Assembly: GCA_002269645.1 (NCBI GenBank)
Contig: NIVC01001743.1
Coordinates: forward strand, 179,012-243,011
Origin: Macrostomum lignano
Lineage: Eukaryota
Direction of reading: 5' to 3'
DNA: 64,000 nt
The notes under the pieces were generated by a model. It saw only the letters and a list, made by a program, of their open reading frames with translations. It was not told the origin of the DNA and did no database searches. A program made the position numbers and the translations under genes. Shown piece by piece: positions 1-12,459 of the stretch. How positions within the stretch are numbered: position 1 is the stretch's first letter; each line of letters begins with the position of its first letter.

Positions 1-2
1 GC

Positions 3-842
3 CAGTGCAGCCCCCTGGCCGCTCTCTACCTGCGTCGCAGGCGCGGCAGCGGAGTTCCACCGAAACCGCCGCAGTTTCTGCCGACCGCCGGTCGCTTTCC
101 CTCCGCGGCTGTCACGGCCTCGTTGGCCTCGTCTCTGTCCTCTCGGCAGCCGTCAATTCCATCCATGCCTCCGCCAGGCGTGATGATGTCGATGTCGGGT
201 CTGATCTCAGCAGCCAGTAGTCAGGCTCAAACTGCTGCCGTTATGAGTCAGCAGCCAATGTTGCGGCTCGCCCCGGATGTGGCTAGTGCAGTTGGCAGCG
301 TTCTGTCCGAGCTGCGGCATGCCTCATCAACGACCGCCAGTGCGCAGCGGCAGCAGCAGCAGCAGCCTCCGCCTCCGCCTCCGCCGAAACTTGACGGTAT
401 TCGCGGCTTTTTAAAGAATGCGTCTGGCTCTGCTGCAGCAGCAAGCGGCAATGCGAGCGGCAGCAGCACTAGCAATAATAATAAAGTGCAACCGCTGATG
501 CGGCAGCAGACTTCAGCGCCGATTGCCGCCTCTTCAACGCCTCTGTTAGCAGTTCGGCAAGCGTCGAAGCAGTTGCAGCAGCAGCAGCCGCCACCTCCGC
601 TAGCCGAGCCGCCAAGACGAAACGCCTTCCTGACTGCTAGTGCAGCCGCCTCCTCCGCCGCTGCCACAACAGCAACTGTCGGTGCCACCAGCGCGGCTAG
701 TTCAACTGGCGGCAATCGGTTTCATCCCTACGCCCGGCTGTATACGGCGGCCGCATCGTCCGTGTCTAACAATGGTAGCAGCAATCAGCAAAGCGCGTCA
801 ACTGTTGGTCGAAAGTCTGGCTTTGGAGTCGGTCGAAGATAG
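3..842 (+). CDS. 5'-partial terminal exon of an unknown Q/P/S/A-rich, probably nuclear protein
   Basis: The frame of ORF 123..842 is open back to position 3 (QCSPLAALYLRRRRGSG...). GC-rich codons drop abruptly to AT-rich sequence after TAG 840-842. AATAAA at 947-952. Carries a basic cluster YLRRRR and an RFHPY motif near the C-terminus. Confidence 0.65.
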   Translation, partial: QCSPLAALYLRRRRGSGVPPKPPQFLPTAGRFPSAAVTASLASSLSSRQPSIPSMPPPGVMMSMSGLISAASSQAQTAAVMSQQPMLRLAPDVASAVGSVLSELRHASSTTASAQRQQQQQPPPPPPPKLDGIRGFLKNASGSAAAASGNASGSSTSNNNKVQPLMRQQTSAPIAASSTPLLAVRQASKQLQQQQPPPPLAEPPRRNAFLTASAAASSAAATTATVGATSAASSTGGNRFHPYARLYTAAASSVSNNGSSNQQSASTVGRKSGFGVGRR

Positions 843-946
843 TACATAAATTTTTGTAAAAGATTTATAATGACCGAATAGATAGCCAGAGAATAGCATT
901 TAATTGTCGTTGGTTTCATTATGCAGAACAGTATAGTACAAAATTC

Positions 947-952
947 AATAAA
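947..952 (+). terminator. polyadenylation signal AATAAA
   Basis: AATAAA about 105 nt after the stop at 842, in an AT-rich 3' UTR. Confidence 0.45.
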
Positions 953-1148
953 TTATGTACTACAATATTCGTATTCGAGATCTTAAACTAATTGGTCTTG
1001 TGGTTATACTGGTGGAATTGTTTAAAACACGATTGTTTTGTATTCTTTTGATAAAAAATCATGACACCACGTAGTTAAAAATAATTTAAATTTAAAACTG
1101 TTATCTGATTAAGGCTTTCCACTTTTTTACCAAGTAACTTGTCAGTTT

Positions 1149-1566
1149 GGAGCAGGAGTGAGGCTTGTGTCTCAGTGGAGGTTGGGGCAGGAGTGAGGTT
1201 GGTGTCTCAGTGGGGGCTGGGGCAGGAGTGAGGTTGGTGTCTCAGTGCGGGTTGGGGCAGGAGTGAGGCTTGTGTCTCAGTGGGGGCTGGGGCAGGAGTG
1301 AGGTTGGTGTCTCAGTGGGGGCTGGGGCAGGAGTGTGGTTGGTGTCTCAGTGAAGGCTGGGGCAGGAGTGAGGTTGGTGTCTTAGTGGGGGTTGGGGCAG
1401 GAGTGAGGTTGGTGTCTCAGTGGAGGCTGGGGCAGGAGTGAGGTTGGTGTCTTAGTGGGGGTTGGGGCAGGAGTGAGGTTGGTGTCTCAGTGGGGGCTGG
1501 GGCAGGAGTGAGGTTGGTGTCTCAGTGGGGGCTGGGGCAGGAGTGAGGTTGGTGTCTCAGTGGGGG
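1149..1566. repeat. 35-bp minisatellite, about 12 copies
   Basis: Unit GGGGCAGGAGTGAGGTTGGTGTCTCAGTGGGGGCT. Confidence 0.95.
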
Positions 1567-2095
1567 TAGGCATGTGTGATGTTGGAGAAGAAATGCTATG
1601 TTAAAAATTGATTGCCACAATTTTATCACTGGCTAATCGACAGGCAAGCGTACCTGTTTCTCTTTTAGTTCTGTATATTGCAATTACCTTCTACATATTG
1701 CACTATTATCTATGAAATATATCGTTTTGCTATTCTCAAGCCATTAAGCCATTTATACAATTCCTCATACGAGCTAAAATGCTTTTCGTGTCCTTAAGTC
1801 CTGATTTTTTTACCTTTTTAGGAATTTTTTCTAATTGGTTCCTGATAATGGGGTCAATAAATGCATATTTGTTGATACAAGTGGGAAGCTTGGCAACGCG
1901 TGTTAAATTTTTTGTCGGACGAATGCATTAGCGTGAAGTGCCTTCTATAGCTGATTACTTATGTCGTTGAAAACAATGGATCTTGCATTGCCAGTAGCTG
2001 AAGCACGCGGGACTGTGGAAACAGATGGGATTCAGTGGGCGGAGGAAAATTCCTTGTTTTCACAACTGGGTAATCGCAGAAAGTGTGCGCTGTTT

Positions 2096-2930
2096 AAATT
2101 AGGCGAAGCTATCCTAAATTAGGCGCCGCTATCCTAAATTAGGCGCCGCTGTCCTAAATTAGGTGCAGATATTCTTCTAAATTAGGCGCAGCTATCCTAA
2201 ATTAGGCGAAGCTATCCTAAATTAGGCGAAGCTATCCTAAATTAGGCGCCGCTATCCTAAATTTAGCGCCGCTGTCCTAAATTAGGTGCAGATATTCTTC
2301 TAAATTAGGCGCAGCTATCCTAAATTAGGCGAAGCTATCCTAAATTAGGCGAAGCTATCCTAAATTACGCGCAGCTATCTTAAATTAGGCGAAGCTATCC
2401 TAAATTAGTCGAAGCTGTCCTAAAATAGGCAAAGCTGTCCTAAATTAGGCGAAGCTATCCTAAATTACGCGCAGCTATCTTAAATTAGGCGAAGCTATCC
2501 TAACTTAATCGAAGCTATCCTAAATTAGGCGAATCTATCCTAACTTAATCGAAGCTATCCTAAATTAGGCGAAGCTGTCCTAAATTAGGCGAAGCTATCT
2601 TAAATTAGTCGAAGCTGTCCTAAAATAGGCGAAGCTGTCCTAAATTAGGCGAAGCTATCCTAAATTAGGCGAGGCTATCCTAAATTAAGCGAAGCTATCT
2701 TAAATTAGGCGAGGCTATCCTAAATTAGGCGAGGCTATCCTAAATTAGGCGAAGCTATCCTAAATTAAGCGCCGCTGTCCTAAATTAGGCGAAGCTATCC
2801 TAAATTAGGCGAAGCTATCCTAAATTAGGCGCAGCTATCCTAAATTAGGTGAGACTATCTTAAATTAAGCGCCGCTGTCCTAAATTAGACGCCGCTATCC
2901 TTTATTAGACGAAGCTTTTTTTAATTAGAC
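2096..2930. repeat. 20-bp minisatellite (TAAATTAGGCGAAGCTATCC, with GGCGCC variants)
   Basis: About 40 tandem units read directly. Confidence 0.95.
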
Positions 2931-3285
2931 GCATTGTCCTGTCTAAAACAAACACTTTAGATTTAAAGTATTATTCATAACCAAGTTGATGAGCACCGAC
3001 TCACCGTCAGGCATTTTAAGTGCGAAGTCACACCTAAAGCCTAACAGCCAAGTGACAGCTAAAGTGTTGACTCAAAAATAATGAAAATGCTTCGCTTGGC
3101 TACCAGCTGCTTTTAGAGAAGTATTTGAGCACTTGTCAATCAGCCATCAGTTCGCTCGTGCGAGTATTTGCCGGCTTGTAATTCAAGCAGCTGCTGGAAT
3201 GCGACCCTCTTCAGCTGTGCACCCATTTGCATAGGCCGGACCCTCTCAACGCCCCTGTCTGCAGAAATTTTTTTCATTCGTCACT

Positions 3286-3582
3286 ATCCACGAGCTATCT
3301 ATCCATTTATCTGTCTATCTCTCTATCTATTTACATGTATATATCTATCCATCCATTTATCTATCTATCTTTTCATATATCTGTCCATCTCTCTATCTAT
3401 TTACATGTATATATCTATCCATCCATTTATCTATCAATCCATCCATTTATCTATCTATCTTTTCATATATCTATCCATCTATCTATCCATCCATTTATCT
3501 ATCTTTTCATATCTATCCATCCATCTATCTATCCATCTATTTATCTATCCATCTGTCTATCTATCTATCTATCCTTCCATCC

Positions 3583-3613
<31 letters not shown>

Positions 3614-3660
3614 CATCTATCTATCTATCTATCTATCTATCCATCCATCTATCTATCTAT
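3286..3660. repeat. (TATC/ATCC)n microsatellite
   Basis: Direct; explains the spurious ORFs 3168..3706. Confidence 0.95.
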
Positions 3661-3826
3661 TTGTCAGTCCATCCTGAAGCACAGAACCTGTTTCCCAGTC
3701 AGTTAGCCGAGTTAAAGCTTGGCAGGACGGATCTCATTGGTCGTCTTGCCTAGCATTTTAGCAGCTGGAATCAGTTGGGCTTAAAAAATATTCTGCGAGA
3801 AAGAGAATCTCTACTCCAACAGCAGA

Positions 3827-6800
3827 ATGCACCTGATAGCTATTATTCTGGCCTACCTGCCGAACTATGTTGTCATGGCAACTGCCAATGGCAACTGCGG
3901 TACCGGGTTCGATTCTCGATGGAGTTTTTCCAAACGCCTCATCCGAGACTGCCTGGCAACCCAGCATCAGCTACGGCTGCCCTGGCCGGGCTGCTTGCAT
4001 CCCGGAGGTGCCTACGCTGGTGCATCTGAGCAGCATCTGTGGTTGATGCAGCTCTTCTGCGCCCAGGCCTGCGACGCCCGTCCTGATTGCCAGGTACACT
4101 GACCACTCACTGTCTGTCATGTTCGATTCAGATTGTTAATTCAAGAAAATGGGTCTCGGGCTTGCGTAGTCAGGGCTTGCGTGTTGCACTTTTTCAAGAC
4201 GCGAAAGTCACATCGCCTACAAGATATAAGCATCCACTTTCATTAAACCTACTAGACTTCATGGCACCTTAACGCCATGTCAACCGTAATAGAAGCGCCC
4301 TGTCAACCATAAAAGACGTAAGACCATTTTCGTCTCCGGCGTTAAAATCAATTCTTTCTGGCTTGGTTAGACTATTGGTAATGGGAGTCCATGAGAATTG
4401 CCCGCAGGAGATTTTCCCGCCGACTTTTTCCCGCCAAGATTTTGTCAGCGTTGCCTTCTAATGCTTATTAAGTCTTAATGAAGAGATTTAGGGAACAAAA
4501 CGGCATGACATGCATGAACATGAATTAATAGCTCACAGATGTACCCATGGCTGTATATAGAAAGGAAAAGCTACAAAAAGAATGTGCATTTAATATGCAG
4601 TTACCATCGAAACGTTTTGATAGGGTTTGACTGCGGGCAATTGTCGGGCTCCCGCAGCGCTCATTAGTCTTCTTCGGCTGGCTTTGACTATCAACTGCCT
4701 CGTTTCAGTCTGCCGCCTCGCCTTTGTCTTCCGTATGGAATGGATGGCGGCTGCTACAGTTCTGTCACGAGCTGTTGCATTCCATTGTAGGCCTCTATTG
4801 TTCTATCTATTTGCTCTATCTGCTTTTTGTGCCACTTTAATACCTTAATCTGATGGCCTCGCCTCACTTTGCCGCTCCATGCAGGGCTTGGCGTCTTCTA
4901 TGCGGCCCATTCTGTCGGATCTTAAAGCCCTATAAAAGAATTGCGCTGTGTCAACCATAAAAGACTCATGGCGGAATCGCTGCTGTGGAACTTGGGGAGA
5001 ATTGCTGAGATGTCTTATCTGATATCTGATAAGACATTTCAGCTGATATTTTAGGCTACATACATCATTCTTCTTAAGATATCTCGTACTAATTAAAAAG
5101 AGACTACAAGGTAAAAAAAACCTGACATTTACGAAGTACTTTATTCCAAAATATCTTTTATTTCTTAAGCTTATTCTTAATTATTTATTTAGTTGGTCCA
5201 ACAAGCATCAATTTGGTCCAAACGCTCGTGAGCCATTCGGCAAATTCATGCCCTCGCAACCGTCTGCATGCAGGTTGTTGCGTACCGCTGGAATGTCAGC
5301 GTCTCTACCCGTCAGTCGCTTTTCCAGAGCTCTGGCTGCCGATAGTCGAAATTTGATAGCCAACTGGAACTGTTCCTTCAACTTCTGCTGCATTTCTACA
5401 CCGTCAACAAAGGGTTCGGCTCAACTGCATCGAGTAGCAGTTGGACCTGAGGCTCTAGAGCAACTTCCCTTGGCGATTGCCACCCCTTCGCAGGCGATCT
5501 CTGCCAGGAGAGTTTCAACGCACTGATGGATGCTGTAAACCATCTTTTCTTTTACATTCAGCAGCCTTGCAATGCCCTTTGGGTGTTCACTTCTGTCGAG
5601 TGCTTCGATCACAAGCCAATGACATTCGTTTGACAGCCTGGCACATGGTCCACAATTCTAGGCTGATCTTACTCCGCAGCAGTTGCAAATGAAGCTATGG
5701 ACCAAATTGATGCTTGTTGGACCAAGTTGAATGCCTGCTGTGCCAGCCTTGCTACCATTGCTACCATATTGCTACCAAAAGCTCCATTACATTGGCAAAC
5801 GTACTGGTATCTTGAATTAAATGCGCGCAGGCCCAAATGGTTTAACTTCCATGGCGAAAGCTATGATGAGAGAAATTAAACAAGATCATGTTCCTCGGGG
5901 AAAATCTGAAGCTGAGTCTGTTTGAACCCTGTACGTGCTCGATATTACTTTCCAAGTGAATCCCCGTGTAGATGGTGTCTTTCTTAGCGAAACTGGTATT
6001 TTATTAAAGTGCACATTCAGAAGGGAGCAGTACATTTCTTGTATATTTCGTTGAAGACCAATTTTTGCTGCGAAATTCATCAATTGGATAGTTATTTTAG
6101 TACAAAATTACCAATATTGGACATTAGCATTTGTTTTTTTCCAAGGTTGCAACTTATTAAATTTGTTTTTTAAACTTTTAACAAATAAATATCTAATCGA
6201 CCAGTGCAAGTTTCATGAAAATCGATTAAACCGTTTGTTTTAAATCAATAACATGCCTACTATACTATCTAGATACCTGAGGCAAATCATTTTCAGTATA
6301 CACTAAATGGACTAGCAATCTACGCCCCCATTGGGGAGGCGACAACGAAAGGAGTAGTTTTTTCAATAAACTTAATGCAGCTTTTTACCTTGACAGTCGC
6401 TATTGCTTATAGTATCTTAGAAAAAAATAAGGAAAAAAGCATCCCCTGAGAGCTTTTAACGGTAAGCAAAGCCTCTTTATCCGGCCCTCAGATCCTTTGA
6501 AATTTCCCGATAACAATTCGGCCCGCTCAAGGTTTGTGTCTCTTCTCCTCTCTCTGCTATCTTTTCTCTCGTCTCTCATCTTCTCTTCTTTCTTCTCCCC
6601 CTTCTGGCCTCTCCTTTCTCCTATTTCCTCTTCTCTCCCCCCTCTGGCCCACAGTCATTCTCTTTGTTCTTTACCTTGCTCTTAAGGCGAAACATTTGCC
6701 GGCCTCTGCTTCAAGTCATGGCATAACCCTATACTCTCTCCCTTTGATGCTTGGCCTACCAACAATTCTACCAATAATATTGACCCTTGGCATCTCAGCA

Positions 6801-8050
6801 ACCCCCCATGAGCCACAGCATTTCAGGCAACGAATCTATGTAACCAACGAAGGCGTCGATTTAATCAGGCTTAAAATAGGCTGACGGGTGAATAACGAAT
6901 TAGCCATGCAAATACGGTTGACAATTTAACAGACGACTACGTACTTTTAATGTCAATATAAGATCCATCCACCATTTTGCAGCGTTCACAACAACTGAAC
7001 ACACTGGGAAAAACCCCGTCTGGTTTCATGCTGAATATCAGGGTCTGCGCAGTTGCTAAGATAATTTGTTTACAAACTCATACAAACTCTCGACAGTGTA
7101 AAGAGCTGCTACATACATAGATTTCTTGTTTGAGTTTCACAATCGGATTGAATTTCGCTCAAATAATAAAGACTCAGATTCTACAAAGTAATTAATTTAG
7201 AGAGTGGAATTTGACAAATGCAGTCGAGAAGCCTCATCTAAAAAGTACACTAAAGACACAGACCAACTGCGAAATTTTGCCGGAACTTTGCTTGACCTTG
7301 CCGGTTTTCAGTTAGACTGCAGCTTCATTCCATAACGTTTTTTTTTCAATCACTGGCCCATCGTGCTCACCACGCAGGGCTTCATTGCTGAGCTCGAGCT
7401 GCTCTCCTGCCGCCTGCTGCAGTTCAATGCATGCAGCCAGCCACCTTTGTAACCGCCTACATTCGACCGGACCTTTGCCTCGGCTTCCGGTTTGTGCAGC
7501 CGGCCTCTGGCAACTCTGACAATGCCATGGTGTACCTGCGCACCGAGGCGACTGGCAGCTTTGAGGAGCAGCAGGCCGCCTGCGCCTCTCTGGGATCGGC
7601 TGGCCTCAGCAGGCTGGCCCAGATTGACGGACCGCGGCCTCAGGAAGCCCTGGCTGACGCTCTGCGCTCGGTCGGCGCTCTGACTCCGGAAAGCAATTCG
7701 ACCTCGATTGTGGCCGCCGAGGAGCTCTGGGTGGCTGCCAGGAAGAATGCCACGGGAACCGCCTGGGTGTGGGCCTCGTGCGGTGGAAAGGTGAGTTCTC
7801 ACGTTCATGAGTTTGTGATTGAGTTCATGATTCAATAAGCTGATAGTTGAGCAGGTTACATGTGTACACCGCACCGCACCCTGCCCGCACTCAGGTGAAC
7901 TCCACTCTGTGGATCTCTGACGAGCCGAACAACTCCGGGTATGCGGCCAGACTGAAGCTCAGAGGTCTGGCTGATTGGAAGGCCGGCGCCAAGCTGTGGG
8001 CCGTCTGCCAGTGCCCAAACCCGCTGCGCTGGCTACTCCTGCCTGACTGA
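3827..8050 (+). CDS. secreted C-type lectin-domain protein (EPN-type), possibly with an N-terminal PAN/Apple-like Cys module
   Basis: Exons 3827-4093, 7378 or 7437 to 7790, and 7895-8050; all introns GT-AG, phase 0. Hydrophobic N-terminus MHLIAIILAYLPNYVVMATA. CTLD motifs SFEEQQAAC..G..RLAQI, LWVAAR..AWVW, W..DEPNN, LADW..WAVC. Exon 2 start is ambiguous (see findings). Confidence 0.75.
6150..6345 (-). mobile_element. Helitron-like non-autonomous junction (3' hairpin plus CTAG followed by a TC-start head)
   Basis: Minus strand reads CCCCAATGGGG-GCGTAGATTG-CTAG (6315-6312), then TCCATTTAGTGTATACTGAAAATG...ATCGATTTTCATGAAACTTGCAC, which resembles the head at 8382. Confidence 0.5.
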
Positions 8051-8062
8051 GGGCCGGGGACG

Positions 8063-8065
<3 letters not shown>

Positions 8066-8110
<45 letters not shown>

Positions 8111-8250
8111 CTAAGACAGACACTAAGACAGACAGACAGACAGACAGACACTAAGACAGACAGACAGACAGACAGACACTAAGACAGACAGACAGACAGA
8201 CAGACACTAAGACAGACAGACAGACACTAAGACAGACAGACACTAAGACA
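8066..8250. repeat. (GACA)n microsatellite with CACTAA variants
   Basis: Direct; begins about 15 nt after the lectin stop codon. Confidence 0.95.
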
Positions 8251-8381
8251 TTGTTTCTTCATCCATCAAAAAATTGATAATCAAATTGATAATAACTGAT
8301 AATTGATAATCAAATAATTGATAATCAAAAAATGTATCAATTTCAGACTTGTAGTCTCTTGTTTTACCCACGCATGCGCTA

Positions 8382-8530
8382 TCCTATATACTAAAAATGA
8401 GTTGTCTGTATGTGGGTAGGTATGCGATAGATTTCAGAAAAATTGGCTCAACCGATTTTCTTCAAACTTGCACCATTCGATCAGAAATTTTCCTGGGATG
8501 GTACATGCATCCTGGCTAAGAAATTGCTCA
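8382..8530 (+). mobile_element. Helitron-like 5' head
   Basis: A|TCCTATATACTAAAAATG...CCGATTTTCTTCAAACTTGCAC; A|TC junction and similarity to the minus-strand copy near 6200-6310. Confidence 0.45.
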
Positions 8531-8974
8531 ATTTTAAAGGGATTAAATATTCGAAAAACATGCTTTTTTGCAAAGGTCAAGCAGCTCTTTCGACCTGGAA
8601 TGCATTGTAAGAATGCTAGAGAAAAAAACTGACTGGCTCGATTCCGATTGTGATAAAGATTGCATCACAACAATTTGAAAACAGTGTCGAAGAAATGCAA
8701 ACCCGACTTGATTAAAATTGCGTAACCATATTGCTAACTTCAATTGAGACTGATACTGGCTGACTGAGAAATTGATTATGTCATAACTTTCTACTCCAAT
8801 TGACTTGCTGTAAGAATTGAATTATAAGGGCCACAATTCACGTTCTCCAATTGAAAAGAGATAGCCAGATGCGAACAGACTGGAATGCTAATGTAGTGAC
8901 CTGGGTTCGAATCTTAGTAGTGCAAAAAGATTTTTTTATTAAAACACATTAAAAACACAAAACTGCTAAACATA

Positions 8975-10330
8975 AAAGAGGCACAATGTCAAACATAGAA
9001 GAGCCACCATGTTGAACATTAAAGAGCCACCATGTCAAACATTAAAGAGCCACCATGTCAAACACTAAAAAGCCACCATGTCAAACATTAAAGAGCCACC
9101 ATGTCAAACACATACGTGACTACATGTCAAACATATACGTGACTCCATGTCAAACATAAAAGAGCCACCATGTAAAACATATACTTATGACTCTTTGTCG
9201 AACATAAAGAGCCACCATGTAAAGTATTTACGTGACTCCATGCCAAATATATACGTGACTCCATGTCAAACACATACGTGACTCCATGTCAAACATTAAA
9301 GAGCCACCATGTCATATAGTAAGGAGCAACCATGTCAAACATTAAAGAGCCACCAAGTAAAAAATTAAGAGCCACTATGTCAAACATTAAAGAGCCACCA
9401 AGTAAAAAATTAAGAGCCACTATGTCAAACATTAAAGAGCCACCATGTCAAAAATTAAAGAGCCACCATATCGAACACTAAAGAGCCACCATGTCAAACA
9501 TATATGTGACTCCATGTCAAATATATACGTGACTCCATGTCACACATAAAAGAGCCACCATGTAAAACATATACATATGACTGATCCATAACAAACATTA
9601 AACAGCCACCATGTCGAACATTAAAGAGCCATCATGTCAAACATAAAAGAGCCACCATGTCAAACATTAAAGAGCCACTATGTCAAACATTAAAGAGCCA
9701 CTATGTCAAACATTAAAGAGCCACTATGTCAAACATTAAAGAGCCACCATGTCAAACATATACGTGACTCCATGCCAAATATATACATGACTCCATGTCT
9801 AACACATACGTGACTCCATGTCAAACATTAAAGAGCCACCCTGTCGAACGTTAAAGAGCCACCATGTCAAACATTAAAGAGCCACAATGTAGAACATTAA
9901 AAAGCCACAATGTAGAACATTTAAGAGCCATGATGTCAAACATTAAAAAGCCATCACGTCAAACAATAAAGAGCCACAATGTAGAACATTAAAGAGCCAC
10001 CATGTCGAACATTAAAGAGCCACAATATGTAGAACATTAAAGAGCCACAATGTAGAGCATTAAAGAGCCACAATGTAGAGCATTAAAGAGCCACCATGTA
10101 GAACATTAAAGAGCCACAATTTCGAACAATAAAGAGCCACCATGTCGAAAATTAAAGAGCCACTTTGTCAAACATAGAAGAGCCACCATGTCAAACATAG
10201 AAGAGCCACCATGTCAGACATTGGAAGCCACCGTATCAAACATAAAAGAGTTACCATGTTGAACAAAAAAGAGCCACAATGTAGAACATAAAAGAGCCAC
10301 CCTGTTAAACATAAAATATACACAATTTCA
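8975..10330. repeat. about 23-bp satellite (AAACATTAAAGAGCCACCATGTC and AAACATATACGTGACTCCATGTC variants)
   Basis: More than 55 tandem units of two interspersed subtypes, with no unique spacers. Confidence 0.95.
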
Positions 10331-10399
10331 AACGTAAAAGTAAGCGAATTTTAAAGGAGCCGCTATAATGCTAAAGAAATTGTCGCACTAGCTACTTAT

Positions 10400-11112
10400 T
10401 GTCTGGTGGATGCTTGCTATTTGGGGATGCTATCTATCTTGGGGATGCTTTCTATCTGGGGGATGCTTGCTATCTGGGGGATACTTGCTATCTGGGCGAT
10501 GCTTGCTATCTGGGGGATGCTTGCTATCTGGGGGATGCTTGCTATCTGGGGGATGCTTGCTATCTGGGGTTGCTTGCTATCGGGGGTCTGGGGATGCTTG
10601 CTATCTGGGGTTGCTTGCTATTGGGTGGATGCTTGCTATCTGGGGGATGCTTGTTATCTGGGGGATGCTTGCTATCTGGGGATGCTTGCTATCTGGGGAT
10701 GCTTGCTCTCTGGGGTTGCTTGCTATCGGGGGTCTGGGGAATGCTGGCTATCTGGGGTTGCTTGCTATCGGGTGGATGCTTGCTATCTGGGGTTGCTTGC
10801 TATCGGGTGGATGCTTGCTATCTGGGGGATGCTTGCTATCTGGGGTCTGGGGGATGCTTGCTATCTGGGGGATGCTTGCTATCTAGGGATGCTTGCTATC
10901 TGGGGGATGCTTGCTATCTGGGGGATGCTTGCTATCTGGGGGATGCTTGCTATCTGGGAGATGCTTGCTATCTGGGGAATGCTTGCTATCTGGGGGATGC
11001 TTGCTTTCTGGGGAATGCTTGCTATCTGGGGATGCTTGCTATCTGGGGGATGCTTGCTATCTGGGGGATGCTTGCTATCTGGGGGATGCTTGCTATCTGG
11101 GGGATGCTTGCT
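10400..11112. repeat. about 18-bp minisatellite GGGGGATGCTTGCTATCT
   Basis: Direct; source of the WGMLAI-type pseudo-ORFs. Confidence 0.95.
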
Positions 11113-11237
11113 GTCTTGCGATGATTTCTTTTTGCATTGCACTTCATTTGAGTATTTTGTCTGTTTTCTTTGTGAAGGCTTTATTTCGCTATTTTTTTGT
11201 TACTTACTTGTAGAGAACAGAGATTCTATATAGATGT

Positions 11238-11285
11238 CCCCCAACGGGGGGCGAAGATTGCTAGTCTACTACTAAAATCAGAATG
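11238..11285 (+). mobile_element. Helitron-like 3' terminus abutting a second TC head
   Basis: Hairpin CCCCC-AAC-GGGGG (11238-11250), CTAG at 11261-11264, then TCTACTACTAAAA. Confidence 0.55.
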
Positions 11286-11929
11286 GCTATGGCGAAATCG
11301 CCTTTTCACTCTTTTTCTCAAGTTAAACTAAAAAATATATGTTGAATACATACTTTTAATTTAAGGACAAAGCCAAAGTCCTGGCATTGTAGAGAACTAA
11401 ATAATACAGTAAAAAATTCTTTGCAAGATACATGTATCATTACGAACCCTTGTTCGATGAGGTTGGTATTTGGATAAATAGTTATAAATTTTCCAATTTT
11501 CCTAATAGCGGGACAGAAATTCAGGGTTTAATGTCTCCCCTTACCCCTGTAACGATGTCGGTGACTCATCGCGTTTAATACCCAGACTGAACACAAGAAT
11601 GGCTGCAACTGGGAATCCTCCCTCTTTGCCTTTCCTAATCCTAACCCACCCGCCGGTCTGCTTACTCCTTCAAAACACTCGCGGGGTCGGGTTTCCCCAG
11701 TCAAGCTTGGCTCACTCATCATCTGTTCGCCTCTCTGCCCCCTCATGCCCCCGACCATATTGTGTGTTGTAAAAGTAGCCCTTCGTTGAATGCTGGCCTG
11801 GCAAAATGTACATTGCGCATGAATGCTCCCCCCAGCAATGTACATTGTAGGGGGTTGGGGTGGGTTGGGGGCGGGCGGCCCGCCGCCCCACCACCCCACC
11901 AGCCCAAGCCCAGCTCTGCTTCGCGAATC

Positions 11930-12110
11930 CGATGCGATGGTGTTCGATATTTGCTCCCCAATTGCCGCCCCCCCCGCCTCGACGTCCAAGACGAAACGGA
12001 ACGAAGGTTAAAGCAAGCCTTTTTTAAGTTTGCCATTATTCAACGATAAAGCATTTCCCTGCTCCAAATCGATTGAGCTGAGCAGCAAGGCCAGGTTAGG
12101 GAGAACAGAG
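11930..12110 (+). mobile_element. degenerate LINE (RTE-like) reverse-transcriptase C-terminal remnant
   Basis: VRYLL...LDVQDETERRLKQAFFKF...*SISL resembles the YLG...LD.E..RI..A..AF..L...IS segment of RTE-clade RTs; interrupted by stops. Confidence 0.3.
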
Positions 12111-12459
12111 GGAGAGACTAAAACAATTGCATAGGGATTAAATTTCCTGTGTTGCGTAATGCCTTTCTTCTATCTTTATTAACGTACAAGTTTGAGTCAG
12201 CTGAGTCAGATTCAGAAGAGGTCGATTATAAAGTGAAGATCTTGCAAGAAGCTACAAGAGCTTGAAGGTAAGGGAAAATTAAGAATTATTTTTAAATTCA
12301 CAGATGCTCATTTAAGTTAAAGATTAAGTAAATACGTACCATTTATTTACACAGTATTTTTTGTTTTAAAAAATAAAACTATTTTATTTTTAATTTCGTA
12401 ACGTTATAATAAACGGTGTAGATTTTGCTTTTTTGTTTTAAAATCAACCCTAAGACGGA

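Noticed and set aside
5200-6090. Degenerate transposase-like fragments on the minus strand (HTH-like IARLLNV; QQASIW; KGHCKAAEC)
   Set aside because: Overlapping frames, many stops, no TIR or TSD; not supportable without a profile search.
8975-10330. CRISPR-like regularly spaced repeats (also other arrays)
   Set aside because: No unique spacers, no cas genes, eukaryotic context; these are ordinary satellites.
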